Shown one piece after another: positions 1-7,957 of a stretch of DNA of 64,000 bases. Origin of the DNA: an uncultured virus (IMG/VR IMGVR_UViG_3300030106_003254) (lineage: Duplodnaviria > Heunggongvirae > Uroviricota > Caudoviricetes); the IMG/VR virus record IMGVR_UViG_3300030106_003254. One strand, given 5' to 3'. How positions within the stretch are numbered: the stretch's first letter is position 1; every line of letters starts with the position of its first letter. The notes beneath the pieces are model-generated. The model had not been told where the DNA came from. It did no database searches and saw nothing but the letters and a program-made list of their open reading frames with translations. The position numbers and the translations under genes were made by a program.

Positions 1-94
1 GTCTGTCTTCATGGGATTGAAGGATAGCAGGAATATCGCTAGGAACGATGTTTAGCTTTTCGATGTCTTTTTGGTTTTTTGTTTTGGTACTCAT
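1..94 (-). CDS. N-terminal part of a gene running off the window edge (MSTKTKNQKDIEKLNIVPSDIPAILQSHEDR...)
   Basis: ATG at 94 after an A/C-rich leader, frame open to position 1; not in the ORF track. Confidence 0.55.
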   Translation of the reverse strand, partial: MSTKTKNQKDIEKLNIVPSDIPAILQSHEDR

Positions 95-155
95 AATAGT
101 ATGAATTTAGGTATGTTGTGGGGGCTTAGCCCCCGGTTTGTTTAGAGGTAGGTGA

Positions 156-1172
156 TTAGAGCTGCATCATGTTATTGATTTCAGCAGCGGTGTTACCACC
201 CTGTATTTTGTTGATAAGCTCGTTAGCCCCTTTTGCGACTTCTTCTCGCATAGACTGGCCTTCCTCACCTTTCAACATTTCTACGTCATATAGACATAGG
301 CTTCTTGCGTCATCAGCAAGCTCGAGGATCTCATCGAGTTCCTCTCCCTCACCAACACATAAGTCCTCAATGAGGGATCTATTACCTCCTTCAGGTTCTA
401 CTAACTTAGATACGTTAGTAATGATGGAGTCATACATCTTACCCTTTGAGGTCGGGTCGTAGTCATTCATCTTATTTCTAAGTTTAGTAACTACGTCCAA
501 CAGGCGATCCTTTAGCTCTTTGTGAGCTTCAGCAGCCATAAGGTTTTGCTTACTCTCGAGTTCTTCTTTGAAGGAAGCCTTCATTTGATCCGTCAAACCT
601 TTCATGGTCATCGCTGCTTTTGGTGCGGCCATTGGATCTTTCTCGAAGCTATAGCAGAACTTTGTAGCTAGTTCATCATTTGATAGTGTGAACCACTTAC
701 TCTGTGCTGCGGATAGCGTTGGAGCTAACTTCATAAGAGCTTTCTCAGACTCAGGACGGATCTCTGACTCCCAGCGACTTATGAAGTCTGCTGCGAGAGC
801 GTCGAATTCCATTCTAGAGTCATTCCAGAACTTCTGTACTCTGAAGAAGTTAGAAGCAGGTATTACCTTACAGGTACCGCCTCTCATCTTGCTCTTACCC
901 AGAGAGATTGTATTCTCTGCGAAGAACGTCCTGATAGAAGATGCAAGACTTCTGATCTCTGCTGTATAATCTTCTCTGATAAGATATACATTGACAGCTA
1001 TCTTCTTGTCTTTGGCTTCATAAGTAGACTTAACTACTCCTTCAGCTCGTTTGCACTCCACTCTAGGATTAGGGAAGCTAATGCTCATGTTACACATGAT
1101 TAGGTTACATGAGGCATTGGATTCCTTAGTGTTGGGTGTTGGGTTTTGGTTAGTTAGTACGTCTGTACTCAT
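156..1172 (-). CDS. phage hypothetical protein, DUF3150-like helical protein
   Basis: 338-aa ORF; overall pattern resembles the DUF3150-type proteins seen in phage early regions next to AAA ATPase/VWA genes (recalled resemblance only). Confidence 0.5.
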   Translation of the reverse strand: MSTDVLTNQNPTPNTKESNASCNLIMCNMSISFPNPRVECKRAEGVVKSTYEAKDKKIAVNVYLIREDYTAEIRSLASSIRTFFAENTISLGKSKMRGGTCKVIPASNFFRVQKFWNDSRMEFDALAADFISRWESEIRPESEKALMKLAPTLSAAQSKWFTLSNDELATKFCYSFEKDPMAAPKAAMTMKGLTDQMKASFKEELESKQNLMAAEAHKELKDRLLDVVTKLRNKMNDYDPTSKGKMYDSIITNVSKLVEPEGGNRSLIEDLCVGEGEELDEILELADDARSLCLYDVEMLKGEEGQSMREEVAKGANELINKIQGGNTAAEINNMMQL

Positions 1173-1255
1173 AGGTATGTTGATGGTATTTAATGACTTA
1201 TCTGGTCAGTTGTTGTTTTAGTTGTAGTATTAAATACTACGTGTATCTTACTGCC

Positions 1256-1284
1256 TTGCAAGAGCAGAAAGAAATCTTTATATT
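1256..1284 (+). promoter_or_regulatory. sigma70-like promoter, probably leaderless
   Basis: TTGCAA-17 bp-TATATT, ATG 5 nt downstream. Confidence 0.55.
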
Positions 1285-1289
1285 ACCAC

Positions 1290-1844
1290 ATGGCAAAAAG
1301 AGGAAGACCTCCAAAAGATGATGTTCCTTGGGAGGACATCAAGAATGCGTATATGCTTGGCGAACCCTGTGGAGTGATATGCGAGCGATATCCCGGTTTG
1401 AAGCCCGGTACGCTGCGTTCTAGAGCTTCTCGTGAGGGTTGGACAACTCCCCGTAACATCAAGCAGAAGTTAGCGGAGAGGGTAAATGAGGTGAAAGTCG
1501 CCGAAATGACCGGGACTTTGTCACCAGCTCAAGCCAAGAGTCAATTAACTAATCTCGACGCTGTGGTCGATACATTAGCCCAGAGACAGGCTGAGCACCG
1601 TGAGACTATATCTAGAATCACGGAAGAAAAGTTTAGTAAGCATAAACTGCCACCGATTAAATCGTGGAGAGATGCAGATATAGCCGACAAGATGGCGCGA
1701 AGGGCTCTCGACATGGATGCCGATACACCCGACGCGGTCATCAATGTCGGGGTGCTAGGTAGCGGAGCAGTCATTGACGACCACTCCGCCCCTGTAGTTC
1801 TAGAAGAAAGCCATGATACAGAGCAAGATCATAAAGATGGATAG
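1290..1844 (+). CDS. putative terminase small subunit (N-terminal HTH)
   Basis: W-E-D-I-K-N-A-Y-x-x-G...TLRSRASREGW matches the TerS N-terminal HTH pattern; helical middle and acidic tail. Confidence 0.6.
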   Translation: MAKRGRPPKDDVPWEDIKNAYMLGEPCGVICERYPGLKPGTLRSRASREGWTTPRNIKQKLAERVNEVKVAEMTGTLSPAQAKSQLTNLDAVVDTLAQRQAEHRETISRITEEKFSKHKLPPIKSWRDADIADKMARRALDMDADTPDAVINVGVLGSGAVIDDHSAPVVLEESHDTEQDHKDG

Positions 1845-1961
1845 TATAGCTAGTAGAGTGTGAAAGAACTCTCTACGATGCTCTGCTAACTCTTCTTTAC
1901 GTCTTTTTGTACTCTTGTACATGTTTTCTTGGGTTTTCTTCCAAGTACGTTTATTAGACAT
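1800..1961 (-). CDS. small basic protein with C-terminal transmembrane helix (53 aa)
   Basis: hand translation MSNKRTWKK...TLLAILSIFMILLCIMAFF; below ORF-track cutoff; overlaps the 3' end of the TerS-like gene. Confidence 0.55.
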   Translation of the reverse strand: MSNKRTWKKTQENMYKSTKRRKEELAEHRREFFHTLLAILSIFMILLCIMAFF

Positions 1962-1966
1962 GATGT

Positions 1967-2125
1967 TTAATAGTTGGTTAGGTTTAGTTTAGCTTGTTTG
2001 CGTTCGGCTTTGGCAGACATTCGCTTAGCGATGACTGCACCTCGCCATGATCTACGCATAATACGCTTAGCTTCATGGATATCGAGGTGAGACTTACTAG
2101 CTGCTTTAGTTCTAAATGAGGGCAT
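1967..2125 (-). CDS. small basic hypothetical protein (52 aa)
   Basis: hand translation MPSFRTKAASKSHLDIHEAKRIMRRSW...; tightly packed between neighbouring minus-strand ORFs. Confidence 0.55.
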   Translation of the reverse strand: MPSFRTKAASKSHLDIHEAKRIMRRSWRGAVIAKRMSAKAERKQAKLNLTNY

Positions 2126-2128
2126 GGC

Positions 2129-2359
2129 TCACTTACTTAAAGCCGCTATTCTGCGTTTAGCGAGTGCTTTTAGCTTAAAGAAAGCTTTGGGGGCTTTCTT
2201 GTCTATACCTTCCCGGCGAGCTGCGATGACAATACTGTCAACGTCTCTCTTGGAAGGAGAGCGTTTGATTTGCTCTCTGAAGTTGAACCCTTCTGTTTTT
2301 GAAGGATTGATCCGGCTAGTTGTTTTGTTAGCTTTCATTTGTATATAGTGCCTCGACAT
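2129..2359 (-). CDS. small basic hypothetical protein
   Basis: 76-aa K/R-rich ORF co-oriented with the early cluster. Confidence 0.6.
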   Translation of the reverse strand: MSRHYIQMKANKTTSRINPSKTEGFNFREQIKRSPSKRDVDSIVIAARREGIDKKAPKAFFKLKALAKRRIAALSK

Positions 2360-2465
2360 GATAGTCAGAGGTCTTTGTGTTTGGTTTATTGGGTGTTGAA
2401 ACCCTTCCTACCAACAGAGGATTGGACTCTGCTGGTAGACTGGGATCTCCGTTTAAGGCAAGAGA

Positions 2466-2969
2466 TTAGCCATTGAGTGCTTCTACAGCGTCCCATACAT
2501 CGCCGAGGCGATACTTGAGGGTGCTATTAGATGGGCGATTAACCTTGAGGTTAACCTTCTCTCTTTCGACAACCTTGAATGTCTTAGGCTGTGTAGGAGC
2601 GATGTAAGGCAAACCTTTAGGGTTAGCTCGTCTGCACTGCGTCCAAAGGTGCGGTAGTCGCTGTATTCTAGGAGACCCAATACGAGCTCCTGTTACAAAC
2701 AACCATCCTTCACTTAGTCCTACAGCTTTAGGATCATTCTCCCATTTAGCTGTTGAACTCCAGTACTTACCTGTTGGGTGGATGAACTTGCCATCTCTAC
2801 TGACAAAGAAGTCTTTGCCGTAAGGTGCAGTCTTTTGCTCTTTAGCTGCTGCTTTAGCCTCTTTGATCTTGCTTTTAAGGCTAGCAGTAGCTTTGTTCAT
2901 CTGAGCCCCGATCTGGGCTGCTGTTGCACGGTTGCCTGCTTTCGCAGGTCTTTTGGTTTGTTTACTCAT
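2466..2969 (-). CDS. basic hypothetical protein
   Basis: 167-aa ORF with A/C-rich leader. Confidence 0.7.
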   Translation of the reverse strand: MSKQTKRPAKAGNRATAAQIGAQMNKATASLKSKIKEAKAAAKEQKTAPYGKDFFVSRDGKFIHPTGKYWSSTAKWENDPKAVGLSEGWLFVTGARIGSPRIQRLPHLWTQCRRANPKGLPYIAPTQPKTFKVVEREKVNLKVNRPSNSTLKYRLGDVWDAVEALNG

Positions 2970-3087
2970 TTTAGTTAGGTATTTGAGTTACTAGGATGAC
3001 CTCCTAGTGGGTTTGTGCGATGTGCACATTAGGACACTCCGATATCTATGTGATAGCGAAGTGCCCGTGATGTACACACTAACTAGG

Positions 3088-3414
3088 CTAGTTGCCGTGA
3101 GGATAGCTCTTGTATCCGGTCGGCGTTTGCCTGTAGCTGAGTGTATTGTCGTCGAGGGCTCGCTTCTTTTGGGCGGCTCTCGGCCACTTCATGCCTGTTG
3201 GGTGTTCGGTACCCAGACAACCAGCTTTGTATCCGGTGTATCCGTCTACTCCTACCTCGCCACTAAACTTGCCATCTATCTGTAGTCTGGCGTCCCAAGG
3301 CAGTTGCTTGAACTGCCGGGCACTAGCTAATATCTGGCGTTCCTTGGCGGATAGCTTGCTGAATTGCTCCTTGGCTTTGCTTGGTTTTTGTCTACGTCTA
3401 TTACGTTTACTCAT
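3088..3414 (-). CDS. basic hypothetical protein
   Basis: ORF track 3088..3447; ATG at 3414 after AACAACAACAAACCC is the more likely start. Confidence 0.65.
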   Translation of the reverse strand: MSKRNRRRQKPSKAKEQFSKLSAKERQILASARQFKQLPWDARLQIDGKFSGEVGVDGYTGYKAGCLGTEHPTGMKWPRAAQKKRALDDNTLSYRQTPTGYKSYPHGN

Positions 3415-3444
3415 GGGTTTGTTGTTGTTGCTTATTAAGTATTG

Positions 3445-3995
3445 CAACGCACTGTTTTAGTAGTGTGTTGCGAGCATATCGTATGCTCTAAGCTACACTC
3501 AGAGTATTGTGAAATACTCCTACCCAACACTTGGATGTTGGATCTTGGGTGTTGAGTATTGAGTGCAGGTGTAGAATACACGATGTTACTTATAGTTAAG
3601 TTGTTTCCTTCTAATCTATCTCCCTATGATAGTGTTGATTGATATTTAGTGTCGTTTACCTGAGATAACCACTCTCGTTAACCTACGGCATATTGCGTTC
3701 GGTCCTGTACATGCTGATATAACTCTACATACTTTCACACGTATGTGAGACTAACCTTGTAGTTGCTTGTCGCTTTCCGGCGTGAATTATGTACTACACC
3801 GGGACAGTATCGAATTAGGAGACACGTTTGTCCCATACCCGAGGACTCAATCCTGATTCGAGTTAGGCATAATAGATCTCAATGATAGGGTGAGGTCTAT
3901 TATACTAGCGTAACCTGTCAATTATTTGAGATGAATTTTGCTTACAAAGCAACGTGCGTTGAAACATACAATAATATGCAACGCTATTCATCTAC
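3445..3995 (-). ncRNA. candidate large structured RNA / long structured leader
   Basis: no long ORF; more than ten hairpins with nested multiloops, most G-U pairs favour the minus strand. Confidence 0.5.
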
Positions 3996-3997
3996 TA

Positions 3998-4012
3998 CAG
4001 TTTTCAAAGATC
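3998..4012 (-). promoter_or_regulatory. rrn-type boxA antitermination motif
   Basis: GATCTTTGAAAACTG resembles the (G/T)TCTTTGAAAACT boxA of many bacterial rRNA leaders; non-coding context. Confidence 0.6.
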
Positions 4013-4171
4013 GCATTTAAAGATTTAATAATAATGGAACTGGACTCATCCTATTCAATATCCAACGCATTAGATTACATTATTAATTAAACTAGACTCT
4101 TTTGAGTTCTTAAGGTTAAGGACGATATTCTATTTATCGCCGTACCTATCACTTGTATAATTCTGGACACT

Positions 4172-4207
4172 AAAAAGCCCCGAACCAGTTTCCCAGTCCG
4201 AGGCTTT
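4172..4207 (-). terminator. intrinsic terminator
   Basis: AAAGCCTCGGACTGG-GAAA-CTGGTTCGGGGCTTTTT directly after the 4223..4555 stop. Confidence 0.8.
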
Positions 4208-4222
4208 GTGATTTAGTAACTT

Positions 4223-4555
4223 TTAGCTTTTAGCTAGTTTTAAGATTGCCTCAACTTTTTGTAAGTTATTAATTGAGTTAATCATTCCGTTACGTGCCCG
4301 ATTAAGATAAACATCAGCTTTATAATCCTTCATAAGTTCAGAGTTTTTAAGCTGTGTTTTCGTTAACTCCGATTCCTTCAATAAGCGAAATCCTAAGCCG
4401 TTAGCTTGAGCATCAGCTCTTGGTATGATGTCCTTTTCATTTCGAAAAGGTACATCAGCATAGAGACTTGGATTTCTTTTTTCGTTTTGAATGAATCTGG
4501 AATTAAGATCATTAACCGATAGTTTAGTTTCGTTGTCGTTTTGTTTTTTAGACAT
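4223..4555 (-). CDS. hypothetical protein
   Basis: 110-aa ORF followed by its own terminator. Confidence 0.7.
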   Translation of the reverse strand: MSKKQNDNETKLSVNDLNSRFIQNEKRNPSLYADVPFRNEKDIIPRADAQANGLGFRLLKESELTKTQLKNSELMKDYKADVYLNRARNGMINSINNLQKVEAILKLAKS

Positions 4556-4627
4556 ATACTTTTTTTGTGTTGTGATCTACGCAGTAGATCGGGTTTATAT
4601 ACATCATATAGCCGTATACATAGACCA

Positions 4628-4702
4628 CGGGGGGAGGGGGTGGGAGCCCCCGCACCCTAGGCGTGATAGGTAGTCATTGTCTGTAAAAATTTCCCGTATT
4701 TT
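4628..4702. other. G-rich element, possible genome terminus / packaging initiation site
   Basis: GGGGGGAGGGGGTGGGAGCCCCC followed by AAAAATTTCCC, at a module boundary. Confidence 0.35.
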
Positions 4703-4842
4703 CATAGTATACGTATAAAATAAGGCCCGTAAGTCGTGGTTTTAATGGGGGTACCTACCTAAAACAAAATGACATAAACTTCTGTCACAAAGGGTAAAGA
4801 CGCCAAAAAAAGGGTAGGTAAGTTTTTAATCGACATCTTTAG

Positions 4843-5142
4843 GGTGGGGGATGGTGGAGATGTGGTGGAGATGTTTTGAACCATCCCCACCACGACCAAA
4901 ACACTTACACTCAGGGACTTAAAGGGTGGTGGTGGAGATGGTGGAGATGTTTTTACCTAAAAGTATAGAAGATAAGAATCATCATATCGCCCCACCCCTG
5001 TTAAACCCGAAAACCGGAAACTCACCAGAAAAAGTTTTTTTCCAAAACATCTCCACCATCCCCACCACTTTCTTGTAAGACTCTTGTTTTCAATGACTTA
5101 AGGTGGTGGAGATAGCGAAAAACCATCTCAACCATCCCCACC
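4843..5142. repeat. iteron-like 9-mer cluster (GGTGGAGAT / GGTGGGGAT), putative replication origin
   Basis: about 11 copies in both orientations around an A-rich core, downstream of the primase-helicase operon. Confidence 0.75.
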
Positions 5143-5144
5143 AC

Positions 5145-5372
5145 TCAAATAATCCAATCCTCAGGCCCTTGATCTTCGTCTTTTTTGTCTTCTTCACGCC
5201 ATTCAAATGGCTCTTCGTAGAACTCGTAATAAATGTATCTAACAGCAGCCCTTATTGACGGAAACAATGCCACGGGGTTTTTGCCCCAAAATAACGCCAC
5301 CTCCCCGAAAGGAGCTTCATACATTTTAGCTTCTCCGCATATTGCTATCAACTTAGGCATTTTCCCGGCCAT
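5145..5372 (-). CDS. hypothetical protein
   Basis: 75-aa ORF, TATATT 5 nt upstream of ATG. Confidence 0.55.
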   Translation of the reverse strand: MAGKMPKLIAICGEAKMYEAPFGEVALFWGKNPVALFPSIRAAVRYIYYEFYEEPFEWREEDKKDEDQGPEDWII

Positions 5373-5399
5373 GGGATAATATACCCTACAAGCAAAGCT

Positions 5400-5831
5400 T
5401 TAGCCCATGTATTCTTTAGAAACGCCCTTAAAAACACGCTGGTTTTGTCTAAAAGCTTCATTTGTAATGACTTTCGCCAAAGAGTCTAATACATGACTTC
5501 TTATAAACCTGTTTAACTCTATTGGGTCTTGTATTTCACTTATGCCCACAGACGCCTGCAATAAATGCTCTTTTTTATTTAACTTATACGTAATATTAAC
5601 CTTGTACTGCCAATCATCGGCGTCAGCGTAAACGTTAGCTGCGACATTTAAATCATTGTTTATTTCTACAGAACTTAAATATTGTCTGCTTAGATCTTTT
5701 TCTAACTCCTTGATTTTATCCTGTTTATTTTTCTTACGCTCACGTTTAGCGTCTATTTTATCCTGCTTTCTAGCTATCCGGATGTTTTCCTCTATAGACC
5801 GTTGTATTGCTTCTCTTACTTGTTTGTTCAT
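5400..5831 (-). CDS. hypothetical protein
   Basis: 143-aa ORF coupled to the primase stop by ATGA overlap. Confidence 0.7.
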   Translation of the reverse strand: MNKQVREAIQRSIEENIRIARKQDKIDAKRERKKNKQDKIKELEKDLSRQYLSSVEINNDLNVAANVYADADDWQYKVNITYKLNKKEHLLQASVGISEIQDPIELNRFIRSHVLDSLAKVITNEAFRQNQRVFKGVSKEYMG

Positions 5832-7957
5832 ATACTTATTTTATACGTAACTGAGCCTCGCACAAGTCGTTTTGAAACCTTTTTTGGATACTGAGAAGTC
5901 ATCTTGGACATTGTACGCCCGAATGTGATCTTGTTTAAACTTCTGGTAAACACCTTTAACTCATCAAAAGTCTCCATTGTACCCATAAGCTCACTCACAT
6001 TGCCTTCCCAAGGGTCTTCATTACTCCTCAACTTCCACCAAAACTGAATCATCTCCCAATCACGTTGATCGGCGGATAAGTCTTTGGCCATCGATATAAT
6101 ATCAGGGTGGTGATAAGTATTTATCCCAAACCTGCCGGAAGCTCCCTCAACAACCTCTTTTGGAGGTTTATACTCATTTTTGATATATGCAAGAGCATGA
6201 GGAAGCTCCCGGTCTATTATGTCCTCTATTTGTCTGTGTGTTTTCCCCCTAAACCAAGGTTTGTAATTATTAGACATTTTAACAATCATTAACTTGTCTA
6301 GAATCGTACCATCAAGATTAGGTAGTATAGATAATGAATCAGCGTCTGTATTCGTCGTTAAAACAACCCGTCCACGTCTTTCGATGTCTACAGGCTCTCT
6401 ATACATCGCTCTAACAGTCATTTTTGGGGATGCGGTCAGCTTTTTGATCATTTCACTGAATCTACGATGTTCCGACAAAGAAGACGCTGACGCATTATCA
6501 TCAACATACCAAACAGCACTTTCTGCTAATTCCTTGTTAAAATTTTCCTTACCTGTCAAGAAAGCCCCTGCATCAGCTCCCCCACTAAATATTTTGGGTA
6601 ATATGTATGTCGCAAAAAGAGATTTACCATAATCAGCGTCTCCAGCCATTATTAACGAATGCCCGGCTTGTGAATCGCCCCTTTCTGCGGAGTTATAAAA
6701 GTGTTGTAACCAAGAAAACACATAATGACTTGATCTAGGGTCATCCATCCACTCATTGAACCAATCAAACAAAGTAGGCCATAACTCGGGGTTTGGGTCG
6801 GCTGCTGGGGGTAAAACCCTAACATGTGCGTGAGTATTGATATACCTTTTCGCACCAACATTGACTACCTCATCAAAATTAAACAAAAAGGGGGCTGCGC
6901 CATGGATTCGACGTTCGTCTTGTACATAAACAATAACTTCGTCTATCTCAGTAGCGGCATCCCCCTTTTTGCGCGGCTTGCTTGAGAAACCAGCCAGTCT
7001 CAGGCGGGTGATAAAGTCCTCCTTTAACACTGGGCTCCAAACTTCTCTCCCATCCTTCACCCAATACTTCTGACCATCGAACCAAGTATCGGCAACCGCT
7101 TCAGCGACCTTTTTCTCTCTGTACTGTTCAACAAAAGCTTCACCCAATATCTCTGACCAAGACACAAAAGACTTACCCGCCCTAGTCGAGTAACACCACA
7201 TACCACCCAACTGCACAATACAACCTACCCGGTCTACTTTATCATCTATCCAAAACAGTGGACCCCTGCACCCAACATCAAATTCTCCAGTCCATCTCTT
7301 ACCAAAATCAGGGTACACTTCCTGTATTTTCTCATGAATAACATCCATTGGTATGCTAACTTTACCCTTAGGTCCCGATGTCTTTTTCGCACAGTCAAAA
7401 AATAAAGTTTCTAACTTCAATTCGTCAATCGGATCAGACACCTTTGTCCAAGAGGAACCTAACTCCCAACACATGGCTGGATTACGCGATGCAGCGTCAT
7501 AACCGTCCACCAAAGTCTTGGCTCTTGTCTTCACCAACAACATATCATACAACTTATTTAAAAAAGCCTCGTTATCCGAAGGCAGACCCTTAGAAAACTC
7601 CCAAACCCCTCTAACTTTACCAGAATAGGTTTTTGTCATGTAAGTAGGCTCCCAACCCACTGCACACTTCATCCCATCGATGATATCCTTTAGTGTTTTG
7701 TTAGGGAGAGAGTCATCATCATAATCAGCACAAAAACCATAAATTCTATAAGGCGGGTTAGAACCAGACACCCTATGATGTGGGTTTACCCCCTCAACGA
7801 GGGTATAAAAGATGTGTTTAGTTGCTGGATCTTTGCACCACTCCCTAAAACCCTCTTTTGAGGAGAATGATGGTATTTTTGATTGTAATGTTGCTGGATG
7901 TTTTAGTGATACTTTGGCTGTTTTGCTAGTGTGGTTTTCGAGTATGTAATATTTCAT
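5828..7957 (-). CDS. primase-helicase (AEP-like N-terminus, SF3/DUF5906-like NTPase C-terminus)
   Basis: FCADYDD and TYSGKVR primase-like motifs; Walker A GDADYGKS, WYVDD, VVLTTN. Confidence 0.8.
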   Translation of the reverse strand: MKYYILENHTSKTAKVSLKHPATLQSKIPSFSSKEGFREWCKDPATKHIFYTLVEGVNPHHRVSGSNPPYRIYGFCADYDDDSLPNKTLKDIIDGMKCAVGWEPTYMTKTYSGKVRGVWEFSKGLPSDNEAFLNKLYDMLLVKTRAKTLVDGYDAASRNPAMCWELGSSWTKVSDPIDELKLETLFFDCAKKTSGPKGKVSIPMDVIHEKIQEVYPDFGKRWTGEFDVGCRGPLFWIDDKVDRVGCIVQLGGMWCYSTRAGKSFVSWSEILGEAFVEQYREKKVAEAVADTWFDGQKYWVKDGREVWSPVLKEDFITRLRLAGFSSKPRKKGDAATEIDEVIVYVQDERRIHGAAPFLFNFDEVVNVGAKRYINTHAHVRVLPPAADPNPELWPTLFDWFNEWMDDPRSSHYVFSWLQHFYNSAERGDSQAGHSLIMAGDADYGKSLFATYILPKIFSGGADAGAFLTGKENFNKELAESAVWYVDDNASASSLSEHRRFSEMIKKLTASPKMTVRAMYREPVDIERRGRVVLTTNTDADSLSILPNLDGTILDKLMIVKMSNNYKPWFRGKTHRQIEDIIDRELPHALAYIKNEYKPPKEVVEGASGRFGINTYHHPDIISMAKDLSADQRDWEMIQFWWKLRSNEDPWEGNVSELMGTMETFDELKVFTRSLNKITFGRTMSKMTSQYPKKVSKRLVRGSVTYKISI

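Noticed and set aside
1850..1890. Imperfect inverted repeat after the TerS-like gene
   Set aside because: Weak stem lying within the 1800..1961 coding sequence
3899..3921. Perfect TTGACA and TATAAT on the minus strand
   Set aside because: Spacer is only 11 bp, and TATAAT is part of a long hairpin stem; plausible by chance in AT-rich DNA
4843..5142. Repeat cluster as a CRISPR array
   Set aside because: 9-bp repeats in mixed orientation with irregular spacing; the Cas4-like domain is an ordinary phage nuclease type
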